This document shows, piece by piece, positions 20,008 through 30,119 of a stretch of 45,085 nucleotides of DNA. A model generated the notes under the pieces. The model was not told the DNA's origin. It saw only the letters and a list, made by a program, of their open reading frames with translations, and searched no databases. The stretch is from contig CAYMEV010000005.1 in NCBI GenBank assembly GCA_964389675.1, positions 124,001-169,085 on the forward strand, written 5' to 3'. The position numbers and the translations under genes were made by a program. This DNA is from an uncultured Candidatus Sumerlaeota bacterium. GTDB taxonomy: Bacteria > CAYMEV01. How positions within the stretch are numbered: the stretch's first letter is position 1; every line of letters starts with the position of its first letter.

Positions 20008-20721
20008 CTATGCTGATAGAGCCCCTAATAACAAGGGGATATTTCCTGTAGCATGCACTATAAAAGCATATATGAAATTATTGTATTTTTCCTGGAAGTA
20101 GCCTGCACAGATACCCAAAATTATTGCATATGCCACAATCATTAGTACAAAAAATGGGGAAGCCCCGCTGCTGAAAAGGATCAAATGACCCAGTCCGAAA
20201 AGAGCACCGCTGATTAAGACCGGCAAGCTCAATCTAATTTTAAGAAAGCTGATTCCTTTTTCTGCAAGAGGCTTAAGTGTGTTTTGCAAAAAACCGCGGA
20301 ATAAAAGCTCCTCACAAAAGCTTGCAGTAATAAAGACAAATATGAAGGCCTGTATTAAACTTAGCTGAGAAGGTGAATCCGGGGCAACAGCTGCAGGATT
20401 GCCGGAATCCGGCAGGAATGATGAAGCTATCGAAAAAAATGCTGAAGCAAGGACCTGAAATAATATCAAAAGAATTATAGCAGTAAATACTGATATTGCT
20501 AAGTATTTCAGTTTTGGTAACTTAATCATAAAAAAACCCCTGGTTTTTCTGCTATACAGAAATATAAATACCATGGAGAGAAGCATCATACTTATCTGGG
20601 TGTAAAATGATACAGGGATAAATTTGCTCTTAACAGGCAGATATACTGCAATAAATGTTGAAAACAGATATATCAGAACTGTCAGGACCAGGCCTGATAT
20701 AATCTTAAATCCGTCCTTCAT
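20008..20721 (-). CDS. CPBP (Abi / CAAX protease-like) intramembrane metalloprotease
   Basis: Multiple TM segments; EELLFRG, FGLGH, HATGN motifs; GGAGG RBS. Confidence 0.88.
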   Translation of the reverse strand: MKDGFKIISGLVLTVLIYLFSTFIAVYLPVKSKFIPVSFYTQISMMLLSMVFIFLYSRKTRGFFMIKLPKLKYLAISVFTAIILLILFQVLASAFFSIASSFLPDSGNPAAVAPDSPSQLSLIQAFIFVFITASFCEELLFRGFLQNTLKPLAEKGISFLKIRLSLPVLISGALFGLGHLILFSSGASPFFVLMIVAYAIILGICAGYFQEKYNNFIYAFIVHATGNIPLLLGALSA

Positions 20722-20828
20722 AAACTCTGGCCTCCAGTATCTTCGAATTCAGGTCTGAATTGGAAATATACCTTCAATAAAAGGGAATTTCAATCAAAAT
20801 AATTATAATTGAATGACTAAATTATCTA

Positions 20829-20857
20829 TTGACTGCCGCCATGTTTTAAAATAGTTT
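20829..20857 (+). promoter_or_regulatory. Possible sigma70-type promoter of malQ
   Basis: TTGACT (20829-20834), 17-bp spacer, TAGTTT (20852-20857). Weak evidence in an AT-rich background. Confidence 0.3.
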
Positions 20858-20888
20858 CTTATCTCAGTTAATGCGATAAGGTGCTTTT

Positions 20889-22373
20889 ATGAAAAATAGC
20901 AGAAAAAGCGGGGTACTGCTTCATCCTACAAGCCTGCCCTCCAGGTATCCAATCGGGGATCTTGGTAAGAATGCATACAGGTTTATTGATATCATCAATG
21001 ATGCCGGTTTTACATTATGGCAGATACTTCCTGTAAATCCTGTGAACCACGTTAATTCACCCTATATGTCCTCATCATCTACTTCTTTTAATGAACTGCT
21101 GATTGACCCTGAGATTCTGCTGAGAGATGGTCTGATAGATAAAATCCCTGAATATCACAAGACAGGCAGAAAGAACTTTGTGGATTACGATTCTGCAAGA
21201 GAATTCAAGAAAAGGATCATTCTCTCCGCATATAACAGGTTTGACAAAAACAACAAAGATTTCAGGAACTTTTGCTGTAAAAATGAATATCTTGAAGATA
21301 ATGCTGTTTTTGCCCACCTGCTTGATAAATATAAGGCAGACTGGTCCAGGTGGCCCGCATCATGCATGTATGAAAACATTAAAGATTTAAGAAAGAAATA
21401 CAGGGATGAAGTAGAGGTCTACCTGTTCGGGCAGTATATAGTACAGGGCCAGTGGAAAAGACTTAAAAATTATGCAGAGGGCAAGGGCCTGAAAATAATT
21501 GGTGATCTGCCCATATATGTTGATTTTAACAGCTGCGACGTCTGGGCAAACAAAAGTATTTTCAGCCTGTCCAGCAGAACTGGCACACCTAAGGAGGTCT
21601 CAGGGGTACCCCCTGATTATTTCAGCAAAGATGGACAGTTATGGAATAACCCATTATATAAATGGTTCGATAATAAGCAGATAAATAAGAAGCTTATGTC
21701 CTGGTGGTATCTGAGAATAAAATTTCTTCTGAATTTCGTAGACATAATCAGGATTGACCATTTCAGGGGCTTTATTAAATACTGGGCTGTAAAATATGGA
21801 GAGAAAACTGCAAAGAACGGACGATGGAGAAAAGGCCCGGGAAAAAGGTTTTTCGAGCTTCTTTTTAATAAAACCGGTAAATTTGATATTATAGCGGAAG
21901 ATCTTGGCATAATAACCAGGGATATTGAAAAAACCAGGATTGACCTGGGTTTCCCTGGAATGAAAGTACTTCAGTTTGCTTTCTCGGACCCTTCCAATAC
22001 ATATCTGCCGGTAAATTTTGATAACACAGATTATGTCGTATATACAGGTACACACGATAACAATACTACCCTGGGATGGTATAAGAACGATATTTCAGAA
22101 AAACAGAAGCATTTCTTAAATCTCTACACTCAAAGGGATGTTACAATAAAGAATGCATCGCATGTACTAATCTATTGTGCACTCTCATCGACAGCTAAAT
22201 GGGCTGTAATACCTGTGCAGGACCTGTTGAATCTGGACGAAAACCACAGGATGAATATTCCTTCAGTAGCTGAAAAGAACTGGTGCTGGAAAATGGAAGA
22301 GTCTGATCTTGATAATCTTCCTGCTGAAACATACAGAAATATCAATTTAAGCCTTAATAGATACAGCCTATAG
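20889..22373 (+). CDS. malQ: 4-alpha-glucanotransferase (amylomaltase, GH77)
   Basis: SGVLLHPTSLP, WQILP, GDLPIYV, GVPPDYFS..GQLW.NP.Y, RIDHFRG, AEDLG, PGMKVLQFAF, GTHDN, RMNIP. Confidence 0.96.
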   Translation: MKNSRKSGVLLHPTSLPSRYPIGDLGKNAYRFIDIINDAGFTLWQILPVNPVNHVNSPYMSSSSTSFNELLIDPEILLRDGLIDKIPEYHKTGRKNFVDYDSAREFKKRIILSAYNRFDKNNKDFRNFCCKNEYLEDNAVFAHLLDKYKADWSRWPASCMYENIKDLRKKYRDEVEVYLFGQYIVQGQWKRLKNYAEGKGLKIIGDLPIYVDFNSCDVWANKSIFSLSSRTGTPKEVSGVPPDYFSKDGQLWNNPLYKWFDNKQINKKLMSWWYLRIKFLLNFVDIIRIDHFRGFIKYWAVKYGEKTAKNGRWRKGPGKRFFELLFNKTGKFDIIAEDLGIITRDIEKTRIDLGFPGMKVLQFAFSDPSNTYLPVNFDNTDYVVYTGTHDNNTTLGWYKNDISEKQKHFLNLYTQRDVTIKNASHVLIYCALSSTAKWAVIPVQDLLNLDENHRMNIPSVAEKNWCWKMEESDLDNLPAETYRNINLSLNRYSL

Positions 22374-22452
22374 CCTGCAGGCAAGAATATTTGGAACTAA
22401 TCAGCCTGAATAGTGTATAAAAAAAACAAAATCTTTATAAGAGGTGGGTCTT

Positions 22453-23397
22453 ATGATCGAGGTTGAAAACATTTCGAAAAGCTACGGGGATACTTTGGCG
22501 GTTGACAATATAAGTTTTTCAGTAGAAAAAGGCGAAGTTCTTGGATTCCTCGGGCCTAACGGTGCCGGCAAAACCACCGTCATGAAGATACTGACATGTT
22601 TTTTCCCGCCTGACAGCGGTAAAGCCAGCCTTTTCGGATATGATATATCCGAGAACCCCGGTGAAATTAAAAAGCTGATAGGGTACCTCCCTGAAAATAA
22701 TCCTCTCTACGATGATATGGGAGTCTATGATTATCTTAATTTCATTGCGGATATCCGGGGCATTGAGAAGGCAAAAAAACAGAAGAGGATTGCTGAAATG
22801 GTTGATATTTGCGGGCTTAACCGAGAGATTTTCAAAGATATACATGAACTGTCCAAGGGTAATAAACAGAGAGTAGGATTAGCTCAGGCTCTGATGCACT
22901 CCCCGGAGATCCTGCTTCTCGATGAGCCCACATCAGGCCTTGACCCTAACCAGATTGTTGAAATCAGGAACCTTATTAAGGAAATTGGAAAGCAGAAGAC
23001 AGTTGTCCTTTGCACGCATATTCTGCCCGAGGTTGAGGCTGCCTGCAACAGAACAATCATTATAAATGAAGGCAGGGTCGTAGCCCAGGGAACACCTGAG
23101 GAAATAGCACAGAAAACAATGGGAAACATCATTGTATATACTACCCTGAAAGGAGATCTGAGCAAACTGCAGGAATCTCTTGAAAACATAAAAGGTATCA
23201 TTTCTGCAAAACATATAAAAACATATGGCATTGACAGGCACCAGTTCATCATAACAACAAATCAGGAGGAGCATACATGCGAAAAAATCTTTCTGATGGC
23301 AAAGGAAAAGAATTATACCCTATCTCAGCTTCATACTGAGTCTTCATTTGAAAAAGCGTTTTCAAAACTTACAATGGGAGGCAAGAAATATGAATAA
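22453..23397 (+). CDS. ABC transporter ATP-binding protein (GldA-like)
   Basis: GFLGPNGAGKTT, IGYLPENNPLY, LSKGNKQRVGLAQA, LLDEPTSGLDPNQ, THIL.EVEA. ATG 22453 follows GAGGTG. Confidence 0.92.
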   Translation: MIEVENISKSYGDTLAVDNISFSVEKGEVLGFLGPNGAGKTTVMKILTCFFPPDSGKASLFGYDISENPGEIKKLIGYLPENNPLYDDMGVYDYLNFIADIRGIEKAKKQKRIAEMVDICGLNREIFKDIHELSKGNKQRVGLAQALMHSPEILLLDEPTSGLDPNQIVEIRNLIKEIGKQKTVVLCTHILPEVEAACNRTIIINEGRVVAQGTPEEIAQKTMGNIIVYTTLKGDLSKLQESLENIKGIISAKHIKTYGIDRHQFIITTNQEEHTCEKIFLMAKEKNYTLSQLHTESSFEKAFSKLTMGGKKYE

Positions 23398-24106
23398 TAA
23401 ACCGGTTTTATGCATATTCAAAAAAGAACTGAAATCATACTTCTCATCGCCTATTGCCTATATATTCATCACCCTTTTCCTGATCGTTACCAATTATCTG
23501 TTTTTCATGGATTATTTTCTTCTCGAAGATGCCAATATGAGATCTTATTTTTCATTCCTGCCATGGATCTTTCTGCTTTTCATACCAGCAATATCCATGA
23601 GACTTGTTGCAGAAGAAAAGAGGCTTAACACAATAGAGGTGATGCTGACTCTTCCGATAAGCGACTGGCAGTTTGTTTTCGGAAAATATTTGAGCGCCCT
23701 GGCATTTCTTGTTATAGCAATTTTTCTCTCCTTTCCGATAGTGCTGGTGCTTTATTATACCGGCAGCCCGGATATAGGGCCTGTTATAGGGGGCTATCTG
23801 GGAACGGTTTTTATGGGTGCTGCCTATTTATCGATAGGATTATTCATCTCAAGCATAACCAGGAATCAGATAATAGCCTTTATAGTATCGGCTATAATAA
23901 TTCTGCTTTTTCTTATAATTGGATTGCCAATGGTTCTTTTCAGCATACCGTCGTGGCTCATACCCGTATTCAAATGGCTGAGTTTCTATGATCATTTCAT
24001 CTCTATATCAAGAGGCGTAATTGATATGAGGGACATAGCCTACTATATTTCAGTAATATTTATTTTTCTGATTCTTACCTATAATTCTCTTAAAAACAGG
24101 ACATAA
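23390..24106 (+). CDS. ABC-2-type permease (GldF-like)
   Basis: KKELKSYFSSPIAY, PAISMRL.AEEKR..TIE.MLTLP, GKYL, IGLFISS.T.NQI.AF, RGVID.RD. ATG 23390 follows GGAGG. Confidence 0.9.
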   Translation: MNNKPVLCIFKKELKSYFSSPIAYIFITLFLIVTNYLFFMDYFLLEDANMRSYFSFLPWIFLLFIPAISMRLVAEEKRLNTIEVMLTLPISDWQFVFGKYLSALAFLVIAIFLSFPIVLVLYYTGSPDIGPVIGGYLGTVFMGAAYLSIGLFISSITRNQIIAFIVSAIIILLFLIIGLPMVLFSIPSWLIPVFKWLSFYDHFISISRGVIDMRDIAYYISVIFIFLILTYNSLKNRT

Positions 24107-24119
24107 AGGAGGGAAATAA

Positions 24120-25697
24120 ATGGCTTCCAAAGCATCAAAAGAAAGACTTTTATTTATATTCCTTGTTATCGCCATAATACTGATATTCAATTTTATTATT
24201 AATAAAAAGGTTATAAGGCTTGATCTCACTGAAGACAAGAGGTATACCATATCGGATTCAACCAGAAAGATACTCTCCGGGCTGGATGACATCGTTAATA
24301 TTGATGTATATTTTTCTACTGATCTCCCTCCTCAATTCCGGGGACTGGATGAAGAGATCAGAAGCCTGCTTGAGGAATTACAGGCTTATGCAGGAAGGAA
24401 CCTTAATATTGAATTCCACAATCCAAAAGAAGACCCTGAAACAGAATATAAGCTCCAGGCCCTGCAGATACCGAAAGTAAGAGCCAATATCATCGAGAAG
24501 GACAGAGCTCAAGTGGTAGAACTGTATCTTGGAATGGTGATCTACTACCAGGATCAAAAAGAAGTAATTCCTGTAGTACAGAATATAGCCAATCTGGAAT
24601 ATGACATCGTCTCAAAGATAATAAAGGTCAGAAATGAGAAAAAGCATAGTATAAAGCTTGTATTGGACCCCTCAAGATATCAGGGCATGCAGGCCCAGAT
24701 GATGACCCATAATATACTGCAGGCCATGCTTGCAGAAAACTTTCAGTATGAGGCTGTCCCGTTTGAAGAACTATCGGCCTTTGATGAAACGGATCTTTTA
24801 ATAATACTGCCCATAGAAAAGCCATCAGAAGAATTTTTGTACAATCTTGACCAGTACCTGCTGAAAGGAAAATCAGCGATCTTTTGTGCAGGGGGAATGA
24901 AAATACACCAGCAGACCATGATGGCATCTCCTTATGAATCTGAAATCCTGCAAATGCTTAAGCATTATGGAATTTCAGTTGACGGTTCACTGGTACTTGA
25001 TAATTCAAACTCCATGGCCAGTTTCAGGACTGAATTTGGATTTTATTCAACACACTATCCATTCTGGGTAGCCTTAAAGCCGGACAATATTGACAGGACA
25101 AATCCGGTTACAAGCAGTCTTGAAAGCCTTATCCTTCCATATGTATCGCCCGTTACGGTCATATCAGAAACTGATGATGACATGGCTGTCTCCAGCAAAA
25201 TTCTGTTCAGATCAAGCAAAATGTCATATAAAAAATATTCTCCCATAAATCTGAGCCCGAAGCAGGATTATGAATTCAGAAGGGATATGAACGGAAATAT
25301 AAGCCTGGGCATTCTTTATGATAAGCCATTGGTATCCTACTTTTCAGGACGGGATATTCCCTCTCCCAACAGCTCTGATTTTATGGAAGAAAGCATCACA
25401 AACAGTAAAATTGCTGTTATAGGGTCTGAACATATCCTTTATGATTTTTTTCTCCAGATGAATGAAAACAATATTGTATTTCTGCAAAACATTGTGGACT
25501 GGTACACGCTCGGTGAAGAATTAATAGGCATCAGATCAAAGCAGATAATCCAGAGGCCCGTTAAGGACCTTAGGGACTCTGAAAGAGTATATATAAAATG
25601 GATTGCAATCCTCGTAATTCCATTAATATTGCTTATATTCGGGCTTGTCAAATATACTGTCAAGAAACATTCCCGAAAGTTAGCCATGAAAAGATAG
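24120..25697 (+). CDS. GldG-like ABC transporter auxiliary component (GIFT domain)
   Basis: N-terminal TM, RLDLTEDKRYTISDST..IL, LEYDI, LDQYL..G, N..FL.N.VDW, LIGIRSK, C-terminal TM. Confidence 0.88.
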   Translation: MASKASKERLLFIFLVIAIILIFNFIINKKVIRLDLTEDKRYTISDSTRKILSGLDDIVNIDVYFSTDLPPQFRGLDEEIRSLLEELQAYAGRNLNIEFHNPKEDPETEYKLQALQIPKVRANIIEKDRAQVVELYLGMVIYYQDQKEVIPVVQNIANLEYDIVSKIIKVRNEKKHSIKLVLDPSRYQGMQAQMMTHNILQAMLAENFQYEAVPFEELSAFDETDLLIILPIEKPSEEFLYNLDQYLLKGKSAIFCAGGMKIHQQTMMASPYESEILQMLKHYGISVDGSLVLDNSNSMASFRTEFGFYSTHYPFWVALKPDNIDRTNPVTSSLESLILPYVSPVTVISETDDDMAVSSKILFRSSKMSYKKYSPINLSPKQDYEFRRDMNGNISLGILYDKPLVSYFSGRDIPSPNSSDFMEESITNSKIAVIGSEHILYDFFLQMNENNIVFLQNIVDWYTLGEELIGIRSKQIIQRPVKDLRDSERVYIKWIAILVIPLILLIFGLVKYTVKKHSRKLAMKR

Positions 25698-25713
25698 GAG
25701 GTTATATACAAAT

Positions 25714-26697
25714 ATGAGCAGGAGAAACATGATCCTTTTTATAATGCTTATTGTATTTGCAGCCATCGCTGTGTGGATAGCTGACCCTTTCAATACCGGC
25801 AGGACCAGGGATTCAGAAAGACTGATCTTTGAGGGGATTGATATTAAAAATGCTGACAGGATTGAAATAAACAGCAAAAGGAACAGCGTTGCCATCACTA
25901 AAACTGATGATCAAAGCTGGATTCTTCCTGAAAAAGAAGATTACCCGGCAGACATGGACTCAGTAAAGAGAATTCTGGAAAATCTTACAGAAATACCGAT
26001 TGGAAGGGCTGTTACAAGCAATCTTAAAGATCTGGAGAAATATGGCCTGGATAAAGACAGCAAAACCTCTATCCGGGTCTATAACAATGACAGAATGATA
26101 TTGGGAATGGACATTGGCAAGAACGGCCCTGATCTTTTATCATCCTTCATCAGGGTAGAGGATGATGATCATATAAGGCTGGTACCTGGAAATATAAAAT
26201 ATTTCTATGAGAAGCCTGTTTCTGATTGGAAAGACAGGATCGTTCTTGATTTGAGAGAATATGAACTCAGCAGCCTGGAGATAATATCAGATGATTATTC
26301 AGCAAAAATATTAATAGATGAGAGCCTTGGCTATACATCTGTTGAACCTGTTGCAGAAAAAGAGCTTAACAGGGAAGCGGTTTCAAAAATTATATCCAGC
26401 CTCAAACCCCTGAGGGCAGACGGGTTTTTAGAAGATGAAGAGAATTATGAGGAAATAGTGCTTTCAGAAAAAGAGCCTTTATATACACTGAATGTATTTA
26501 CTTCAGACAATGAAAAATTCAGTTTGTATATAATCGGAAGCAATGAACAAAAATCAAGGTTTTTTGTTACCAATCAGGAAAAATTCTATAAAAAGGTGAT
26601 CTTTTCCGCTAAATTCGAAAGTATTTTCCCTGTATACGAAGACCTTTTCATTGATATTGACCCTGCTGAACAGAGCGATGCAGAACAGGAAGGCTGA
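25714..26697 (+). CDS. DUF4340-like membrane-anchored protein
   Basis: N-terminal TM; W....YPAD...V, YGLD, IGK.GPD...FIR, WKDR; typical fourth gene of gldAFG-like clusters. Confidence 0.75.
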   Translation: MSRRNMILFIMLIVFAAIAVWIADPFNTGRTRDSERLIFEGIDIKNADRIEINSKRNSVAITKTDDQSWILPEKEDYPADMDSVKRILENLTEIPIGRAVTSNLKDLEKYGLDKDSKTSIRVYNNDRMILGMDIGKNGPDLLSSFIRVEDDDHIRLVPGNIKYFYEKPVSDWKDRIVLDLREYELSSLEIISDDYSAKILIDESLGYTSVEPVAEKELNREAVSKIISSLKPLRADGFLEDEENYEEIVLSEKEPLYTLNVFTSDNEKFSLYIIGSNEQKSRFFVTNQEKFYKKVIFSAKFESIFPVYEDLFIDIDPAEQSDAEQEG

Positions 26698-26703
26698 CCG
26701 CTG

Positions 26704-29592
26704 CTATTTTAGGAATTTTATGAATACAAAGCTGAATTTATGGTTTCCTTCGCTGTTATCACTGTTAGGCTGATTAAAACCATAGCCGTAGTCTATATTG
26801 CAGACATAGGATTTCCATAAAATCAGGCTGAAACTGAAGCCTGCACCGTAATAAAGCCTATACTCATCGGAATATATATCAAAAAGATAGGATGAATCAA
26901 CATAGAGTTTCCATTTCAGAGCATTAGCAATGTCAAATCCTGTAACTATGTTCAGTGAAAAAGCTTCATCCGTCTTTATTTTACCGGAAGAAAATCCGTG
27001 TATTCCTCCGGTTGCGCCTCCGATGTCAAGGAGATTATACCGGTCTGTATTTTCCAGTTTTTTATATGAGAGGCTGATGAGCGAATTTATTCCCTTAATA
27101 TCAAAATCCTTTTTAATATTTATGCTGTATGAGAACCAGTTTCTTTTCATACTGCCATAATATAGATTATCCATTTCCATGGAGGGTATCCCGAAATTAC
27201 CTCCATCTGTCCTTAGATAATACTTAATTCCTGCAGATCCTGATAAACCGTAATATGACATCTGAAATTCAGAGGATTGGCTGATGACAAAACCGCTGTC
27301 AGGAATCTCAAATTCCGGGTCTGTTTCTTCTGCAGCCTTAAAATCCTCATACCTCATCTGTGTAGAAAGATATAAATTAAGGTGGTTTGATAACCTTTTT
27401 GTAAGGCCAAAGTTTGCATTTACAGTATATATATCGGTATCAAGCTCTTCTTTATGCTCTCCGCGGTAATATACCTGGTCGGTGAAGGATACAATTGGAG
27501 CAACCAGATCAAAGCTCAGGCTTGAAAATGTATTATTAAATACCGGCTTGCCGGTGCTGACAGTCAAAACATTTATTGCCACAGCAGTAAAGATATTTAG
27601 ATGATAGCCCTTCTCCATGAAATCATAATCAAAATAATTAATCCCTGCCAACGGGAGGAGAGGGTATTTTGACTCCAGATCCCCGACCAGTCCGCCAGCC
27701 AGAAAAAGGAAATTCTTTTTTATTTTATCCTGCAGAATCCTGTTGCCCGTATCATCCTTTTTAAGCAGTTTTGGGCCATCCTCTGTCAACTGCATCATCG
27801 TTTCCCCGCTATTATAGGCAGCCTTTTTCTGCTCTTCGAAATCGCTGCAGTTAATTAATATCTCTTTATATTCTCTGGATTTATCTATAATAATATTTCT
27901 TCCTGCCATATTGATTACTTCATGAGTTCTTATCCTTTCAGGTATGATATAGCTTATTTCAGCTGTCCTTAAATAGCTGTAATCTTCAATCTGCTGACTG
28001 CTGACCAGCGGAGGCTGCAAGGCATTCTTAAAGTACTCAAGCCTTACCAGCTGGTAGTTGACAATGTCAATATACAGGTTCCCGTTAGGGAGGCTGCTGT
28101 CTTTCGGAGTAAAGAGCAATTTATAACAGTCCCTGTTATTTATCCTGTCCTGGCCAAGAAGGACATATTCATAAATGTCATCAAAATTTATATCGGAAGG
28201 CTGGATATCAAGCTGTCCGGAACCTATAAAAGGAATTTCAGGAAAACCCTGCCTTGACCATTTACTTCCATTCAGGAAGATAGCTTCTTCTTTCCACTCA
28301 ATCGGTTCTCCCTTTTTATAGAAGTATTTATCCTCTGTCCTGACTTCAATCTTGTCTTCAAAGGCAGGAGTAGAAAAATAATAAAAGGTAGTTCCATATG
28401 CAATGTAATTTGACAGCATAGTGTCAGAAATAACCTTTTTAGGGTAAAAAGCAGCAAGAATATCCTCTGCAGTAATTATTTTTTCCTTTTTTATATTCAC
28501 TTCTTCAGACACAGTATTTGAGCTTTTGAGTGAATAGGGGATATATTTAAGCACCACGGTATTTCCGCCTTTTTCAAGATTAAGGAAATGAGCGGAGTTT
28601 TTTGACCTGAACAACCTGTATGAAAGCTCATTTTTTTCAATACTGTCCCCGGTTATTATATACATCAGAGGATCATCAATATCCATTGAACTCATGGATA
28701 TTTCATCACCAGGACCTTGACCGGTGCGCAGGTCTGCCTGAAATATTAAAGTCTGCATGAGCTCCCTTGAATTGAAAAATGAATAAAATGGCAACGGGGT
28801 ATCCTTAGCCTGTAAAAGGTCATAATCATTTGATTCAGGGTACATTTCATTGTCAAAAATCTGACTGCAAACTGAAAATATATCCAGGGGCCTGATAATA
28901 TCAAGGTGTATAAAACCGCCTGCAATCCCTTTGGAAAGCAATTCTGAATGCTTTAATACCATTTTGTCCAGCAAATTTTCTGAATCCCTGTAGTAAAATG
29001 CTTTTGATGGGATCATTCCTTTCAGCCTGTCAATCCTTTTAATATCCACAGCAGCAGCATTTAAGATAAAGAAGTCTACATGGAACAGGATATTGTAATT
29101 AATAAGGCTCTCTATGCCTGAATCATCAATATTATCAAGGCATAGTCCGCTGACCCTGTTTATATCCTTATCCTCAACAATCGAGGAAAGGGTTTTAGTG
29201 ATAAAGGCTATCTCCTTCGGGTTGCCTGAGCCAAAACATAATATTATCCCATAGAGATTGGAAAGTTCTGATATATTTATCATCTTTTTCTGAATTTCTT
29301 CAATATTCTCAATTACTGATCCGCTGCTGTCTATCTCAAGAAAAATTATAATATTCTCAGAATTGATATTTTTTATTGATATAAAAGGATCATCGAGAGC
29401 CTGAAGGGCATCAGCCTTTATTGAAACTCCAGAAATTTTCATTTTTAAATCAGTAATATTCATATCAGGCCTATTAAAAGCATCCATGGGGTAAACGGGA
29501 ACAATTTGATTTACCAGATTGTTATCATCAGAGAAGATTGCCAAGGCCGTTATAAGGATAATAATTATAATAAAAAGGATTTTAGCTTGCAT
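26704..29592 (-). CDS. Large exported protein with a LolA/RseB-like central region and probable C-terminal outer-membrane beta-barrel
   Basis: Signal peptide (MQAKILFIIIIILITALAIFS). Central YEYVLLGQDRINNRDCYKLLFTPK...GNLYID...YQLVRLEY. Last ~330 aa are alternating aromatic/Gly-rich strands ending IDYGYG...KFSFVFIKFLK. Confidence 0.6.
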   Translation of the reverse strand: MQAKILFIIIIILITALAIFSDDNNLVNQIVPVYPMDAFNRPDMNITDLKMKISGVSIKADALQALDDPFISIKNINSENIIIFLEIDSSGSVIENIEEIQKKMINISELSNLYGIILCFGSGNPKEIAFITKTLSSIVEDKDINRVSGLCLDNIDDSGIESLINYNILFHVDFFILNAAAVDIKRIDRLKGMIPSKAFYYRDSENLLDKMVLKHSELLSKGIAGGFIHLDIIRPLDIFSVCSQIFDNEMYPESNDYDLLQAKDTPLPFYSFFNSRELMQTLIFQADLRTGQGPGDEISMSSMDIDDPLMYIITGDSIEKNELSYRLFRSKNSAHFLNLEKGGNTVVLKYIPYSLKSSNTVSEEVNIKKEKIITAEDILAAFYPKKVISDTMLSNYIAYGTTFYYFSTPAFEDKIEVRTEDKYFYKKGEPIEWKEEAIFLNGSKWSRQGFPEIPFIGSGQLDIQPSDINFDDIYEYVLLGQDRINNRDCYKLLFTPKDSSLPNGNLYIDIVNYQLVRLEYFKNALQPPLVSSQQIEDYSYLRTAEISYIIPERIRTHEVINMAGRNIIIDKSREYKEILINCSDFEEQKKAAYNSGETMMQLTEDGPKLLKKDDTGNRILQDKIKKNFLFLAGGLVGDLESKYPLLPLAGINYFDYDFMEKGYHLNIFTAVAINVLTVSTGKPVFNNTFSSLSFDLVAPIVSFTDQVYYRGEHKEELDTDIYTVNANFGLTKRLSNHLNLYLSTQMRYEDFKAAEETDPEFEIPDSGFVISQSSEFQMSYYGLSGSAGIKYYLRTDGGNFGIPSMEMDNLYYGSMKRNWFSYSINIKKDFDIKGINSLISLSYKKLENTDRYNLLDIGGATGGIHGFSSGKIKTDEAFSLNIVTGFDIANALKWKLYVDSSYLFDIYSDEYRLYYGAGFSFSLILWKSYVCNIDYGYGFNQPNSDNSEGNHKFSFVFIKFLK

Positions 29593-29693
29593 ATTTCACG
29601 ATCCTATAATTTTCTAGACAATATATTCTTTTTGTTGATTTTCAAGAAATATAATTTAAGATTCAATATAATTAGTCAAAGGAGCATATAGAT

Positions 29694-30119
29694 ATGAAGG
29701 TTAATGTAAATTTGAAGAAAGACATGGTTTTTGAGGGTATTGACAGCAAAGGACTGAATATTACCATGGATGCTTCGCCTGAAGCATTCGGGCAGAATGC
29801 GGGCCCTCCACCCATGAAGGTCGTGCTTATGGCATTGGGAGGCTGTACATCCATGGATGTCATGTTCATCTTAAGGAAGATCAGAGACAGGGTTGAGCGT
29901 TACAATCTTGAAATAACAGCAAATAATAATCCCAAGCATCCAAAAGTGTTTACAGCGATCCATCTCATTTATAATTTCTGGGGGAAAGAACTTCCCTCAG
30001 CTGAAGTAAAAAAAGCTGTGCAGCTCTCTCTGGAGAGATACTGCCCTGTTAATGCAATGCTGTCAAAAACTGCCGAAATTACGCATGAAATCAGGATAAA
30101 TGATGAAACTTGTATATAA
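29694..30119 (+). CDS. OsmC/YhfA-family protein
   Basis: GPPPMKVVLMALGGCTSMDV, PKVFT.IHL, LSLERYCPV; AGGAG RBS. Confidence 0.9.
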   Translation: MKVNVNLKKDMVFEGIDSKGLNITMDASPEAFGQNAGPPPMKVVLMALGGCTSMDVMFILRKIRDRVERYNLEITANNNPKHPKVFTAIHLIYNFWGKELPSAEVKKAVQLSLERYCPVNAMLSKTAEITHEIRINDETCI

